A DNA stretch of 52,965 nt, filler included, from Basidioascus undulatus (taxonomy: Eukaryota), in NCBI GenBank assembly GCA_000826855.1. It is 4 parts of 4 records of this genome, joined end to end, with 100 filler letters (N's around TTAATTAATTAA, not from the genome) between each part and the next. Parts side by side here need not be neighbours in the genome. Positions count along the whole stretch, not along the records: positions 26,549 to 39,710 come from JTLS01000836.1; positions 39,811 to 52,965 come from JTLS01000837.1; 2 more parts are not named here. One strand, 5' to 3'. Below the pieces are notes generated by a model. It worked only from the letters and a program-made list of their open reading frames with translations. It was not told where the DNA came from and did no database searches. The number at the start of each line of letters is the position of its first letter. Within the stretch, counting starts at the first letter, position 1. The translations under genes were made by a program, and so were the position numbers. Shown one piece after another: positions 36,844-48,900 of this stretch.

Positions 36844-39161
36844 GCGCTGCGTGGGGCTGGGTGGGCACGAGGTGGGATGCGAGGGCGGGGGGAATCGAAA
36901 TCGGATCGGATGCAATAATGCAATCGTGACAATCAACCTACTACAGTTCTGGAACGACCTGCCGGGCCTGTGCACAGCGCGCTCTACCGGAAGAATGCCA
37001 ACTTCCACAGTCGCCTCGTTGATACTTACAGCCACACTTATGCCCGCCCACCTCCCCTAAGCTGTAAAAGAGACATAAGCGAAGGCAGCAATCGTTTTCG
37101 AGAGTTTTCGTATGTGAGACTGGTCTGGTCGACGCCTCGGCAGTCGGGTCTGATTCGAGCACTCCCGGGGCGTTGCGAAGCCCAAGACTTCTGAAGTGAA
37201 AAGGAGGGACCCAATATAGTTCTGGGGTCTATTGAAGAACCGTTCCTTTTCAAGATCATATCTTCCTCCGCTAACAACCGTTCCGTTTATAGCTTCCTCC
37301 GAGAGAAGTGAAGCACTAGCTTCCGCACTTCAGTCATCGCCGCCATGCATCTTTCTATTCCACTCGTCTTCCCAGCTCCCTCACCCAGCGCATCGGTTCT
37401 CTCAACATGAAGAGACTAAAAGGCGTGAATCACAATTTTCATTTCTTCAAGAACAGATAACCACAAAAGCGCGGCTGCAGTGAGCTGTTGTCCGCCTTGC
37501 ATAAAGGTCACTACCGACTCTTCTAGACCACCGATGATCGTTTGTACAGGGCGGCCGACACTCCGGAATACCATTTTCTCTTGACTCGAGCTATCGTAGG
37601 GCAGACGGAGATTGTTGCTACTAGGTTTGAGGGGGGGAAGGTAGCTCTATCCCATGACTGTCGTTTGGCTGCGGCGTGAGTTACTTTATTTTCGATGTAT
37701 GCATGTACAGCTGTGTAAATATGCCTGGAGTGGGTTAAAGAACCTACAAGTGTACCCGTAACGCAATGACAGTCTGCTTGACATGCAGCGGCAGGAGGCG
37801 GCGTGCAAATGCACTGCGCTGGCAGTCCTGGCCGCTGCGCTCTGCAATGTACGCACACTGCATAGTCAGCTGTGCTTGCTCTACGCTCATTTCACAGTGC
37901 ATTTCTCTCTATTCATCCACCTTCGAGTACTGTGCACATGCTGGACGTCGCTGACGACCTGCTCGCTGATAGCCGGGAAGCGATGTCATTTGAGCTTGAG
38001 CTTGAGCACCGACGCGTCGGGCCGGGGGCGTGTGTGACTTCCTGTCGGGTGTGTTCCTCGATCACGAGCAACCGTCTGTGTGGCCACGTTCGCTCGGAAA
38101 TTATGGGGAGTGCCTGGGCATGGGTGTTGCACAATATTGATGAGTACAATGAAAGCACCCCTCTTCCACCCCTATGCATGCTTGGACAGGCTCCAGGCAT
38201 TTGCACAGCTCAGTTCTGCGATGTATAGCAGCATCCTGGGGTTCTGTATGGCTAGGAAACACGTATAGCTTCAACCCAGAATAATTGCACTCGTAAATAA
38301 CTTTCCTGCCACCTTGCGCTCCGATCCTGACCATTGAATCGTGAGCGAGTTTATCGCCGGCCTCGTCCGGAGAGGTGGCATAAGGAGGCACCACAGGCAC
38401 TATTACTGCTCCTAATGACAACTTGAACATCTAACAGGGCGATTCTTAGCCAGTCGCGGATTAATTGCACGTTGCACACTGAGGGTGACGTTCTTTTCGC
38501 GCTGGAGTGTGCGTCCGACGAGGCATGTCGACCCGAGCTGTCGAGCGACCGCACCGCGAGGCGCGTCTTGCTCGCCTGCGCGCCCAACTCTGTGCTCACC
38601 TCGCCTTCGCCGCCGACTTTTCGCCTGGATCCTCGCGCTCGTCCTCCTCTCTTTCCTTTCGATATCGAAGCCCAGGCCTGACTATTTTCACATTGCTCTG
38701 CTCGTCCTCCTCTCTCTTCCTCGATTCGACTCTCTCGACAACACCGGCACTCTCCTCGACGCTCGACGCTCATCTCCGCACTCCTTCCACTTCGACCCGG
38801 CCAGTCAGCTCACACGACTCACACGCTCTCCTTCGGTCCCCCATCGCTTTGCCATCTTCGAGCTATCATTATTCACCTTCAGCCAGACACCACTTGTCAA
38901 TCGCAGCGAGCCAGCCATCCAACCGCGCATTCGAACCCGCTCAAGACCGCTTTCGACCTTCGCCCGCCGCAGCCCCTCCCAGACACCGCGCCAGTCCAAC
39001 TCCGTACGCTGGCCGTATGACCTTCAGCCGACGCCACCACACGCAGCACAAATAGCATACACAGCCGCAGGCAGCAACAGCACACGCTCTCTTCACCCTC
39101 TCCACCCTCTCAACAGCCCCTCACCTCCGGCATCCCCCCCAACTCCGCCCTCTCTCCCGCC

Positions 39162-39710
39162 ATGCCCTTCAACCTCTTCACCAAAAAGTCGTCCTCCAAA
39201 CTCCGGCAGTATGCGAATGCGTCCCAGAGCGACCTCCCGCCTGTCCCGCAATCCGCACGCCTTGCTCCCCAACATGAGGCGCGATGGCCCTCCCGCACAC
39301 GCTCCGCCAGTACAGGCACGAGGAGCCCCATCTTCGAGGTCGAGTCGGATCCCTTTGCGAGGGACAGCCCATACAGCGTCGCAGCGCTGCCACCGCGGCG
39401 TACGCTTGCGCTGTCACCGGTACCCGGGCCTGTTCACAGCGGGCGAACGACGCCGGCGGAGATGCGAGGTGGGCGGACGCCGCCCGCAGAGATGCGAGGC
39501 GGGCAGACGACGCCGGTCAGCATGAGGAGTGCAGCGGGATTGAGCTATTCGAGCGGAAGAGTTATGACCACGGGAAGGTTGAGGTCCGTCTATCTCCTCT
39601 CCTACTCATCGTCCAGATCCGGTATCCATCAGAAGCTGACGGCAATAAAAAGGATGACGATCTGAAAGGGGCGTCCAGCTACGCAACAGGTCACGAAGAA
39701 GGAGGAGAGA
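39162..39710 (+). CDS. Hypothetical low-complexity protein, 3' end lost in the gap
   Basis: ATG in good context (CCGCC-ATG); MPFNLFTKKSSSKLR.. with three GRT(T/P)PAEMRG-like repeats. A probable intron at about 39584-39652 precedes the exon DDDLKGASSYATGHEE that runs into the Ns. Confidence 0.55.
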
Positions 39711-39810
39711 NNNNNNNNNNNNNNNNNNNNNNNNNNNNNNNNNNNNNNNNNNNNTTAATTAATTAANNNNNNNNNNNNNNNNNNNNNNNNNNNNNNNNNN
39801 NNNNNNNNNN
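39711..39810. other. Artificial contig-joining linker
   Basis: N-TTAATTAATTAA-N. Confidence 0.97.
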
Positions 39811-40266
39811 AGAAGGGAACAAAATATGTGTTTGACACAGAAAAGGTGCGTCCTCAGTCGAGATTTACGGTCCACACTGAAGCGAAGAAGCAGAGGGCGA
39901 AGAAGAGCAGACGATGATGCGCGAAAGAAAGGCTGTAGCCTGTCGGTCCGCGTTCTGCTGCCGTGTTAGCGCTGGACGCTCGCTCGCTGCTTGACTTCAA
40001 CCGCCAAAGCTCCCTTGGCCCCTGTGCCTCTCGCTGCCCCTGTTCTTCAGACGTGAGTCTTTAATTTTGCTGATATCGGCATTCTTCCTAGCGCCAGGGA
40101 GACCTGTTTGGCACTTTGGAGCTGATAGCGTATCGGGCGCTGGTCTATCTCCATCTGCCGGCGCCTCTCCATCAGTTGCTTCTTTAACCCATCAACGCTC
40201 GCTACATTTCGGGCATTTCGTCGCCTTTACACCTTTGACCCGCTCCCCTCGTACTCCTTCACCGCC

Positions 40267-41941
40267 ATGTCTCAGGGCGGTCTCCAGCGCCGCCGCGTCG
40301 GCGGCGGCGGTGGTGGTGGCTCTACCTCACCCGCACTCTCGCGCCAAAACTCGGACTATGGCGCCTCCTCGCCCGTCGCGGGCTCGGGCTCGTCTGAGCT
40401 CCGCAACGGCACCAGCGGCGGTGCCGGCAGCGCGACTCCCCGCGGCGAGGGGCGCATCGCGTTCGATCCGCGCGACCTGGACACGTCGAGCGAGGAGAAG
40501 GAGTACCCGCTCCTGACGCTCATGGAGGAGGTCCTGCTCATGGGGCTCAAGGACAAGCAGGTGAGTTTGAAGTTTCTAAAATGGCAAATGTTACGGAGGT
40601 TGGCTCGGATGCTGTGACACCGGACGGGCTGTTGCCCTGCTGGAGATAGCCACATGGTCGCGCGAGCTGCGTCTCAGGGGCGGATCTTCGCGCGTACAGC
40701 AACGCTCGCAACTCGAAGTCGCGCCTTCTCTTCGAGCTCCTCGCCCTGTTGAACACCTTTCACGCTGGATGTATGCTGCCCATGCCGATCACGCTCACCA
40801 TTTCCCCCTATCTTCTTCCCACGCTCATTCCGTCCCCTCATCTCCGCAGGGCTACCTCTCTTTCTGGAATGACAACATCTCGTACGCCCTACGCGGGTGT
40901 ATCCTCACCGAGCTTGCCCTACGCCGGCGGATCGCTGTCGTGCGTGATCCCAACCGGAGGCGGTTCGAGCTCTCCGACCGGCTGATCGAGGTCATCGACG
41001 ACCGCCTTACGGGCGAGGTCCTCCTCGACGAGGCCCTGAAGCTCATGAAGGTCAGCGAGAAGCTGAGCATTGGGAGCTGGATCGACTTGATGAGCGGTGA
41101 GTGGGCATCTCATCGCGCTGGCATCGGAGAAGACGCGAGGCAGAGGCGTGGATAAGGGTGCCGGCGTGCTGAGCAATCCCGGTGGTGCTGGTTCTCCAGG
41201 CGAGACTTGGAACGTAATGAAGATCGGGTACCAGCTCAAGCAAGTGCGTGAGCGGCTCGCAAAAGGCCTCGTGGACAAGGGCGTGCTGCGTACGGAAAAG
41301 AAGAACTTTTTGCTCTTCGACATGGCGACGCACCCGGTCTCGGACGCGTCGCACAAGCGCCAGGTCGTCCAGCGCATCGTCACCCTCGCCTCGCCCTCGA
41401 CCGTCGCCCTCGACCTCGGCAAGCTGTACCCTGACCCAGCAGTCAAGTTCCGCGCGACGCGCGCGGTCGCCGTCCTCCTCTCCGGCTACGCGGCGAGCGT
41501 GCTCGAGAACGCGCTCGCCGGCCTTAGCTACGACGCCCGCGAGGAGGCATTCATGCGCACGGACGAGATCTTGAACGAGTTTGCCGGGTGGCCATGGGGC
41601 AGCGGGAACGCCGTCGGCTCGAGCGGGCGGGCACGGAGGGAGGCCAGCACGGCCGTCGGGAGCGGCGGGAGCGGGAGGAGCTCGGGCGCCGCGGCGATCG
41701 CCGCGCTCGTTCGGGCTGCGAAGGAGGACATTGGCGAGCACGAGCTGCAGTTTGAGGTGGTTGCGGGCGTGTTCTCGGTCTTTGGCAAGGTGCGTATTTC
41801 GTCAAACCTCGTCCAATGCTCATGCAGAACCGCTCATACCAAATGCTGTTGTCTACAGATGGATTCTCTTCTCGTCCGTCTTTACACTTTGTTTGTACGC
41901 AGGCGATGTTCCTCAAAGCTGATACTCGTCTTCCGCAGTGA
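40267..41941 (+). CDS. VPS74: Golgi phosphoprotein 3 / Vps74, multi-exon
   Basis: GLQRRR N-terminus; [97 protein letters not shown]. Confidence 0.95.
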
Positions 41942-42543
41942 TCACCTCCGCCTTGACCCCGCCGTCCGCCCAATCCCTGCAATTCAACACCCGCCCATCC
42001 TCATCTCGACCGCGTCAACTATCACCGCGACACAGATACCACGCACGGCTACCCCGCACGAACCACCCAACCTCTCCTCGCCGACCGCGCCGTCCTTCAT
42101 ACGGCGCGGCCCCGTCGACCTTCATTCACTCCATCCCTACCCTGTCACGCTTGCTTGCTTCGCTCAATCCATTTTTTTTCGTTTCTTCCAGCTTAGTAAC
42201 TGCATACTATTTGTCGACTTCACGGTTTCCGATTCATTCTCGCTCTGTCCCTACTCCCGCCGTCGCGTCGGTTGCGATACGAAAGGTATGCGGTAGTGTA
42301 GGGGGGGTGGGTGTGATCAGGTGCTGGGGCAGATAAGGCGAGGCAATGGGCAGGGATGTTACGGACGCTTTTGCTTGTCTGATTCGGTGTGTCAGCTGCG
42401 TCCTGGTGATAGTCATCATCAATGAAACAAAGATGGTGGGGCATCGCATAACGTTTTCGTCAACCAACCGAGATTGCGATTCGCATCGCTGATCATAGCA
42501 ACCAGCCTAATCCTTCATAACACACGCGCAGAAATGAAAATAT

Positions 42544-43060
42544 TCAGAAAGCAGTGACAACGTGCCAAGAGCGTACCATAAAGCCCGAAGCAGTTGGCCG
42601 GCCGCTTTCACCCCCTCCTGAGCCCAACGCGCTGCGCCCCATACATCGACATCGCTCGCATGCTGAAGGCAAGAAGTCAGGGTGAGCCTGCAGTACAAGA
42701 GCCGCGGCCTCATGCTCGCCAAGCAGTCTGGTCGCCTTGTATACCTCAGTCTGCAGTTCCCCACCCATAAACAACCGGACGCGCCAAACCGGAGGCTTTC
42801 CCGAGCCGAGCGGGCCATCCGCCGACCAAGTAAGGGGTGGCCAACCCTCAGCCCAAACCCGGGGAAGAAGCGCACCCTTGGGCCACGAGCCACGATCTGC
42901 CACGATCTGTGCCGGATCGTTGCTCGCTGAAGGCAGCGACCGACGCCTTGCGAGAAGCGATGTGCGCCTGCTCGGTCGACCTCGTCATCATACACCCGGT
43001 AGAGTCTTCGAAGCTGCTGGTTGCAGGACGATGCGCGTGATTAGCGAACGATATATCCAT
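42544..43060 (-). pseudogene. Small dsRNA-binding-motif-like gene, frameshifted by a 10-bp tandem duplication
   Basis: PKGALLPRVWAEGWPPLTWSADGPLGSGKPPVWRVRLFMGGELQTEVYKATRLLGEHEAAALVLQ resembles a dsRBD. Removing one CCACGATCTG copy (42890-42909) fuses ORFs 42848..43060 and 42544..42903 in frame. Confidence 0.45.
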
Positions 43061-43355
43061 GGCGTGGGGAGGAAGATGAGCCAGCGGCGCAGATCATCGT
43101 CGCCCATGACTGCCTCGTCCGCACAGCGCACAGCGGCACCGAGGAATGTCATAATTCGGTTGAGATATCTCCGCAGAGGGAGGATAGAGGGAGGGACTCG
43201 GCGTCTCCGCGAGGCGATAAGGGCCCAATGACCAAGAGGAGTAGTGGAGATCATCTGGCCCACGAACAGTTTGCATGGTCCTTGTGTTCAAGGATTCGGC
43301 AGTACTGACTCTGAAGCTCTGTTCAAAACAACTGTCATACCCTCCAAAGAAGAGT

Positions 43356-43683
43356 CATGGCGAAGAAAGGGCCTTTTTGGGGGACAGTCTCAGACAATCC
43401 GGTTCAATTCTCAAACTACCTTAAACGATTCATGGACTCTCCCTTGCGATTTTGAACAGTCGGAGAACAGAGCTCAATCCGACGGACAGTCGTTAAGACA
43501 CCTCCCGGACAGCCTCTGGACGGTCCGGGGCACCCACCTATCCAGGGAACTGTCCCAAGCAATTCAAGAACTGACTTAAATGATTCATGGACTATTGGGG
43601 TTGTTTGGACAGAATCAAAATTGTGCGACGGACTATTTAGGATTGACCGGGACAATCCCCAAAAAGGTTGACTTTCCGCTATG
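43356..43683. mobile_element. Possible degenerate MITE-like inverted-repeat element
   Basis: 43372-43400 CCTTTTTGGGGGACAGTCTCAGACAATCC matches the reverse complement of 43640-43667 (CCTTTTTGGGGATTGTCCCGGTCAATCC) at about 23 of 29 positions. Internal direct repeat CTTAAA(C/T)GATTCATGGACT at about 43420 and 43575. No target-site duplication identified. Confidence 0.4.
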
Positions 43684-44566
43684 GTGGATTCACTCGGATA
43701 CATTCGCGTCATTTCTGTCGCCAGCACGAACAATCCATACGTGCCCTATGAGCTCGTCTGGGTGATTCTCCTTAGGCCAAGCCTTGACAGGGGTGCTGGG
43801 TTCAGAACTCTGCTTGTGCGTCGTTGGGAGAGGCACGGAACGCACATCTCCAGGCAGGAGCGACGGGTAGGTCTTGATCCAAAGGTAGCAGCGATGGACG
43901 GTCGGTGGAGGACGCGAGCGAAGGGCAGGCTCCAGTGCCTTCAAACTCAGGCCGCCAATGTTTCAGTGCAGATGGATTCGAGGCAATGTGCGAAGGTCAG
44001 AGAGGCAGACGGCACAAAGGTTGAAGTCAGGGAGGTCAGACGGGAGGAGATGGTCAAAGAAGAACAGGAGGTAGATGCTCTCGCAACTGAGTTTGCGCCT
44101 AGCCGTGACCAAGCGAGAAATAAGAACTGGTTTACATGCAACATGCACTGTCTTGAAGTAAATCGCCTGTATTATAGAGAAACAAATGCTTCTGCATGTA
44201 TGCTTCCGGTGCATTGCGCGTCGTTGTGTGCAGTTGACATAAAGATACATGCGGAGTGGAATACCAATCGTCAGAGATTTACTCCGCAGGCAAGTTTTCT
44301 GAAAATGCTTGTCTTTGTCCCGAAGGCTGACGGTAAAAGTATGTCTTCCCACGGAGCAGGCCAAGTGCATATGGTCCACATCGCTGCATGTTGTGTATAT
44401 GAAGTAAACTAGTGAAGCTGGGCAATATCCACAACAACCGATACCTACGTAAATAAAGAGTGATTAAGGTAGAGAGAAGACTCCAGTGATGAAGAGTAAG
44501 GGGGGAAGAGTCTCGAGCGAGATTTGAGAGAAACAGGGCGACGGAAACGAAACGGGAGTTTCTATC

Positions 44567-45612
44567 TCAGTTCTTGAGGTCCTCCTCCTTGCCGCAACAG
44601 AGCGCGAATAGGCCCTTCTTCTTCTGCTTCTTGGCCTGCTGCTTGGCGGTCGTGGGGTTGGACGCGGCCGCTACCGGCGCGGCGGTGTCCTTAGGCGCGG
44701 CCTCCTCAGTGGGCTTCGCGGCCGCATCGGCACCGGACTCCTCCACCGTGTAGGGTTGGGCTAAATAAGAAAAAGAGGAACGGTAAACCAGAGTAGAAAG
44801 ACAGCGAAGGCAAGAAAGCAAAAGACACACGGGTGTTGTCCTCAGCGATGGCGGTCGCAGGAGGGGGAATGTCCTTGGCAGCCGCAGCGGTAGCGGCGGG
44901 CTCCGCAGAGCTGGACGAAGCACCAGCGAGCTTCCTGGAATTGACGAACAAACGGGAACGTCAGCATTTCTATACTCTCGGTTGCTGCAAACTGCGTGTC
45001 TTTCTCACTGCCGCTGCCGCTGCTGCCCTTCCGAGGAGTATCTTGCTCGCCCACTCTTCCCTTCAGGAACAGGCCCTCCGCCTTTGCCTGCACGTGCGCG
45101 CGGCACAGAGCAGACTGACAATGACGCGGTAAAGCGGTTTCATTGGTGGAGGGGGCAGCAGCAGCAGTATCAACGTCCATCTGCTTCCCCAACCTCATTC
45201 CCAAATCGCCCAACCATCTCAGACAACCATCGACGGGAATAGCCTCACTGCTTGCCAGCGACGAAGGTGTTGACGACACCGGCGAAGTACTTGCCCTGGT
45301 AGTGGCTGCAACATTGTGAAGGGAGGGGGCATTCAGCACGTCGGCTCGGTAGATGGGTGAGAGGGAGACCAGGATACGCACGCGATGTCCAGCTCCTTGG
45401 CGGTGGGCTGGCGCGAGCCGTCACCGGCAGCGATGGTTGCAGCGCCGTAGGGCGAGCCACCGACGAGTTCGGAGAGGTCCGAGAGGTTGGCGTTGGCGTA
45501 GCCGATGGGAACGAAGTTGCTGGGGAAGCGAGCCAGAAGTTGTCAGTGTGTGATGCATGATGCCCTCCTCGTCGAAATGAATCACGCTCACATGCCATGA
45601 TGAACGAAGAAT
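44567..45612 (-). pseudogene. 3' half of a flavodoxin-like NAD(P)H:quinone oxidoreductase (WrbA/Pst2/Ycp4 family); N-terminal exons not found
   Basis: Exons [71 protein letters not shown], then an Ala/Pro-rich tail ending KKKGLFALCCGKEEDLKN*. No YSxYGH or GGQE exons are visible in the ~360 bp before the next gene. Confidence 0.75.
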
Positions 45613-45976
45613 CTCCCGTTCAGCCAACCTAACTTCCTGTGCCCTTCTGCGCCCCTCAGCACTTCACCTCCGTTCCCAAACCGACTTACCATTGGGTCGG
45701 TCAACACGACTTGCGGAACAGCCGAGGGCTGACTGCAGCGCGTCCCGCAGAGCAGGAGGCCCTGGCTAACGAAAGCCATGCTAAACTACCCTCCACACAC
45801 GAGTGCCTGGAATGATCTGCCATGCAAATGAACGAACAATGCGAATAGCAAGCGAAAGCAAAGGTCCAAAGCGTTCCAAAAGAAGACGGAAAGGTATGAA
45901 CGCGACGACAAAGGTACAAAACCACGAAAGCACTCAAGATGCAAGAAGAACACAAAAGGTAAAGATAAAAGTGTTG

Positions 45977-48900
45977 TTACACGAGCAGCACGTCGAGCCC
46001 CATCTCTGTCATGAGATCCGACCATGCTACCTCGGCGTCCTGTTCCCGAAAGCACAGAGACGACATGAGCATCTCATCCTGCTCAGGCGGGTCGATGGGG
46101 GAAGGGGAATACTCACGCCTGCATCTGTACGACGCCACGACTCCTTGAGGATGCGCTCGGCAGACTCGACATCCCAGCACGCTTGCGTCCTGCGCCTCAA
46201 AGTGTATCAGTAACGGGAACTTCGACTCCATGGGGAACCATAACAGCGTACCGGAACCCCTGCAAGAGCGCGAGCACCCACGCGCGCTGGTCCTGATCTC
46301 GGGTGTGCATGCCCTGCATATCACAGAGCAGAGCCAGTCAGTCGTCATGCGAGCGGGGCGGCCCGAGCGGAAAAGAAGACGCACGGCGATGAGCACCGGC
46401 CACGTGAGCCAGACGACCATGCCCGTGCTGCTGCCCTCGGAGCAGACCTCGAGGATGCTCGCGACGGCGGCGGTGATGCGCGGGTCGGTGGACGGGCAGT
46501 CGAAGATGTTGCGCAGGATGTGGATCACCATCGCATAACGGTGGGCGCTGTCGAAAGTTCCAAACTCCACCATCAGCATTCTTTTCCCCCTCGAGAAACC
46601 CAGCGTTCGGTTCGGTCACGTACTGGTTTCCGACAGCCTGGCGCAACGGTATCTTGTCAATCGCTGAAACCACAGAAGGGTACGAAAGCCAAAGGAAGCA
46701 CGCACCACCCTCGGATGCAGCTGCACAAACGTCATGCTGGTACTCCAAACATCAAGCTCGGCAAGAATCGCCCTCGCCTCATCCTGGAGCGCAAGGCGCT
46801 GGCTCTCCCTGATCGGGTCGTCCGCCTCGAACCCGTCCTCCGCGCCCGTATCGTCGTCCTCCTCCTCGTCCTCCCCGTCGGCGGAAGACGACCCGACCGG
46901 CGGCAGCGCGGCAACCGCGGCGGAGGCGGAGAAGACGTAGGCCTCGCTCGGGGCGGTCGAGGAGGAGGAGGAGGAGGCGCCAAAGGGCGAGAGCGGGGAA
47001 GAGGACATGCGTTGGCGGCGCTCTTCAAAGATCGGCAGGCGGAGTTTGCGCTTTCGCGCGACGAGGGAGGAGATCTATGGTTGGAGGACGTTTCAGCTGC
47101 GAGAGGAGATGGGAAAGAAGGGAGGAAGACGAACCCGCGCCATCAGGTCGATCATCCCTCTTGATAGACCGAACATGCGCTCGACGCTCTGTCCCGCCGA
47201 GGCCCACTCCACACATCGGCACCTCCTCCACCCTGCTATGCTATTCATGCGAACGACTCACCTCCCACTCCCAATCGCAGCTCCCCGTCTCGCCAAGTTG
47301 ATGGAACCACGGGCTCCAGCCCTTAATCATCATCGGTTCCTCACCCGTAGTCAACGACCCTGTCCCCACCCCCCCATCACCCACTCCGCATCAGCCTCCA
47401 TCCTCATCCCCATCCCGTTTCCCCTCCATCTTCGTCACTCACCGAACACGTCCCTCGTCGCGAGCTGCTCCAGCAGAAACCTCGGCACGCTGACCTCCTT
47501 CCTTCTCGGGCGGCCGACCGCCCCCTCGGCCTCGAGCATCTTTGCTGGCCCGCCCCGCCGCTGGATCACGCTGTTTGCGAGCTCGAGGATCCCCTTCCAG
47601 CCGGAGTCGCCGGCGAGGAGCTGCCGTGCTGGACGTCAGCTCGAGGGGAGGAAGTGATGGAAGGGGTGGGGTGGGGAAGAGGAACGAACGTCGCGCATCG
47701 CCAAAGAGAGCGTGGCAGCGAGGAACGTGTCGCTGTCCGTCTCGCCGTGCTTGACGGCCTTCTGCAAATATCTAACTGCCGTCCTCCTCAAACTAGCAGC
47801 CAGGTCCCTCGCAGCGTTGTCTTTCCCCCTCAAGTACGCTGTTCCGCTCCCCAGCACCCCAGACTCAGTCCTGCGCTCCGACCGAAAAGACAGAAAGGTG
47901 AGGAGAGAAGGAGAGCAGAGGGGCGACGAACCGAGATGCACGGCCGACACGCTCAGCAGGCCCGTCCGGAGCGCCTCGACGCTCACGCTGTTCGCGCTCC
48001 CGCCGACGCTCCCGTCCGCGGACATCCCGAACGCGAGCGGCGCGTGGATCCGGATCCACGGGTTCACGTCCATCTCGAGGTTGAGGGCGACGATGAACCT
48101 GCCACGCGTATGTCGATCGTCAGCCGGCGGGGAAACTGCAACGAGACAGAAACAAAGAGCAAGTACGCACTTGACGGATTGCGTGAGGTAGTGGTGCACG
48201 AGCATGCGGTCCTCGGCCTTGGGGAAGAAGGGGTAGAGGTAGTCGGGCGTGCCTGTCCCCCAACCCAATCCACAATCAGCCTCGTCAATCCAATCCGTAC
48301 GTTCTATGCTGCGCGGCAAACAACGCACTCAGCAGCGGGCTCTGCACCTCCTTCATCCCCTTCGGCACGAGGACCCTCTCCGGCCCCTCAGGCCGAAAGA
48401 ACTCCTCCAAGAAGCCCGTCGTACTCGCAAAGCCCATCGCCGGCCGACTCGAGCGGGGCGCCACCACCCTGCGCTCCCCGTCTTCCTCTTCGGCGTTCCC
48501 CGGAGGTGGAGGGAAGAGCTTGCGCGGCTGCTTGCCGCGGTCCTGCGGGCCGAGGGTGGACAGGTCCGCGGGCTTGGACGCGGTGGGGAAGTTGGTTTCG
48601 AATGGGATGGCGAAGGGCGAGGGCGGGTAGAGCGCGTCGAGGGGGTCGGGCATGGAGCTGGGGAGGGAGGGCGCCGATGCGTTGGAGGAGCCGGGTGGGA
48701 GGGAGGTAGAGGAGGATGAGGTGGGAGCGCCGAGGTTCCAGCTGGTCGAGGAGGACGCGGCGCTGACGAGCAGCCGGCCGAGCTCGGCGTTGAAGGCTGC
48801 TACGTCCGCTGCGAAGGATGGCCCCGCGTTCTGAGGGGGCAAGGAGAGCGGAGGCGCCAGGGACGGCCCGTGAGAGCCGTCTACGTCGAGGAAGGTCGGC

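Noticed and set aside
38485..39161. Upstream extension of the 346-aa ORF
   Set aside because: Pyrimidine-rich promoter/UTR-like sequence; the more plausible CDS begins at ATG 39162 in another frame.
43681..44412. 243-aa plus-strand ORF
   Set aside because: No recognisable domain and no host-like codon bias; cannot be supported as a gene.
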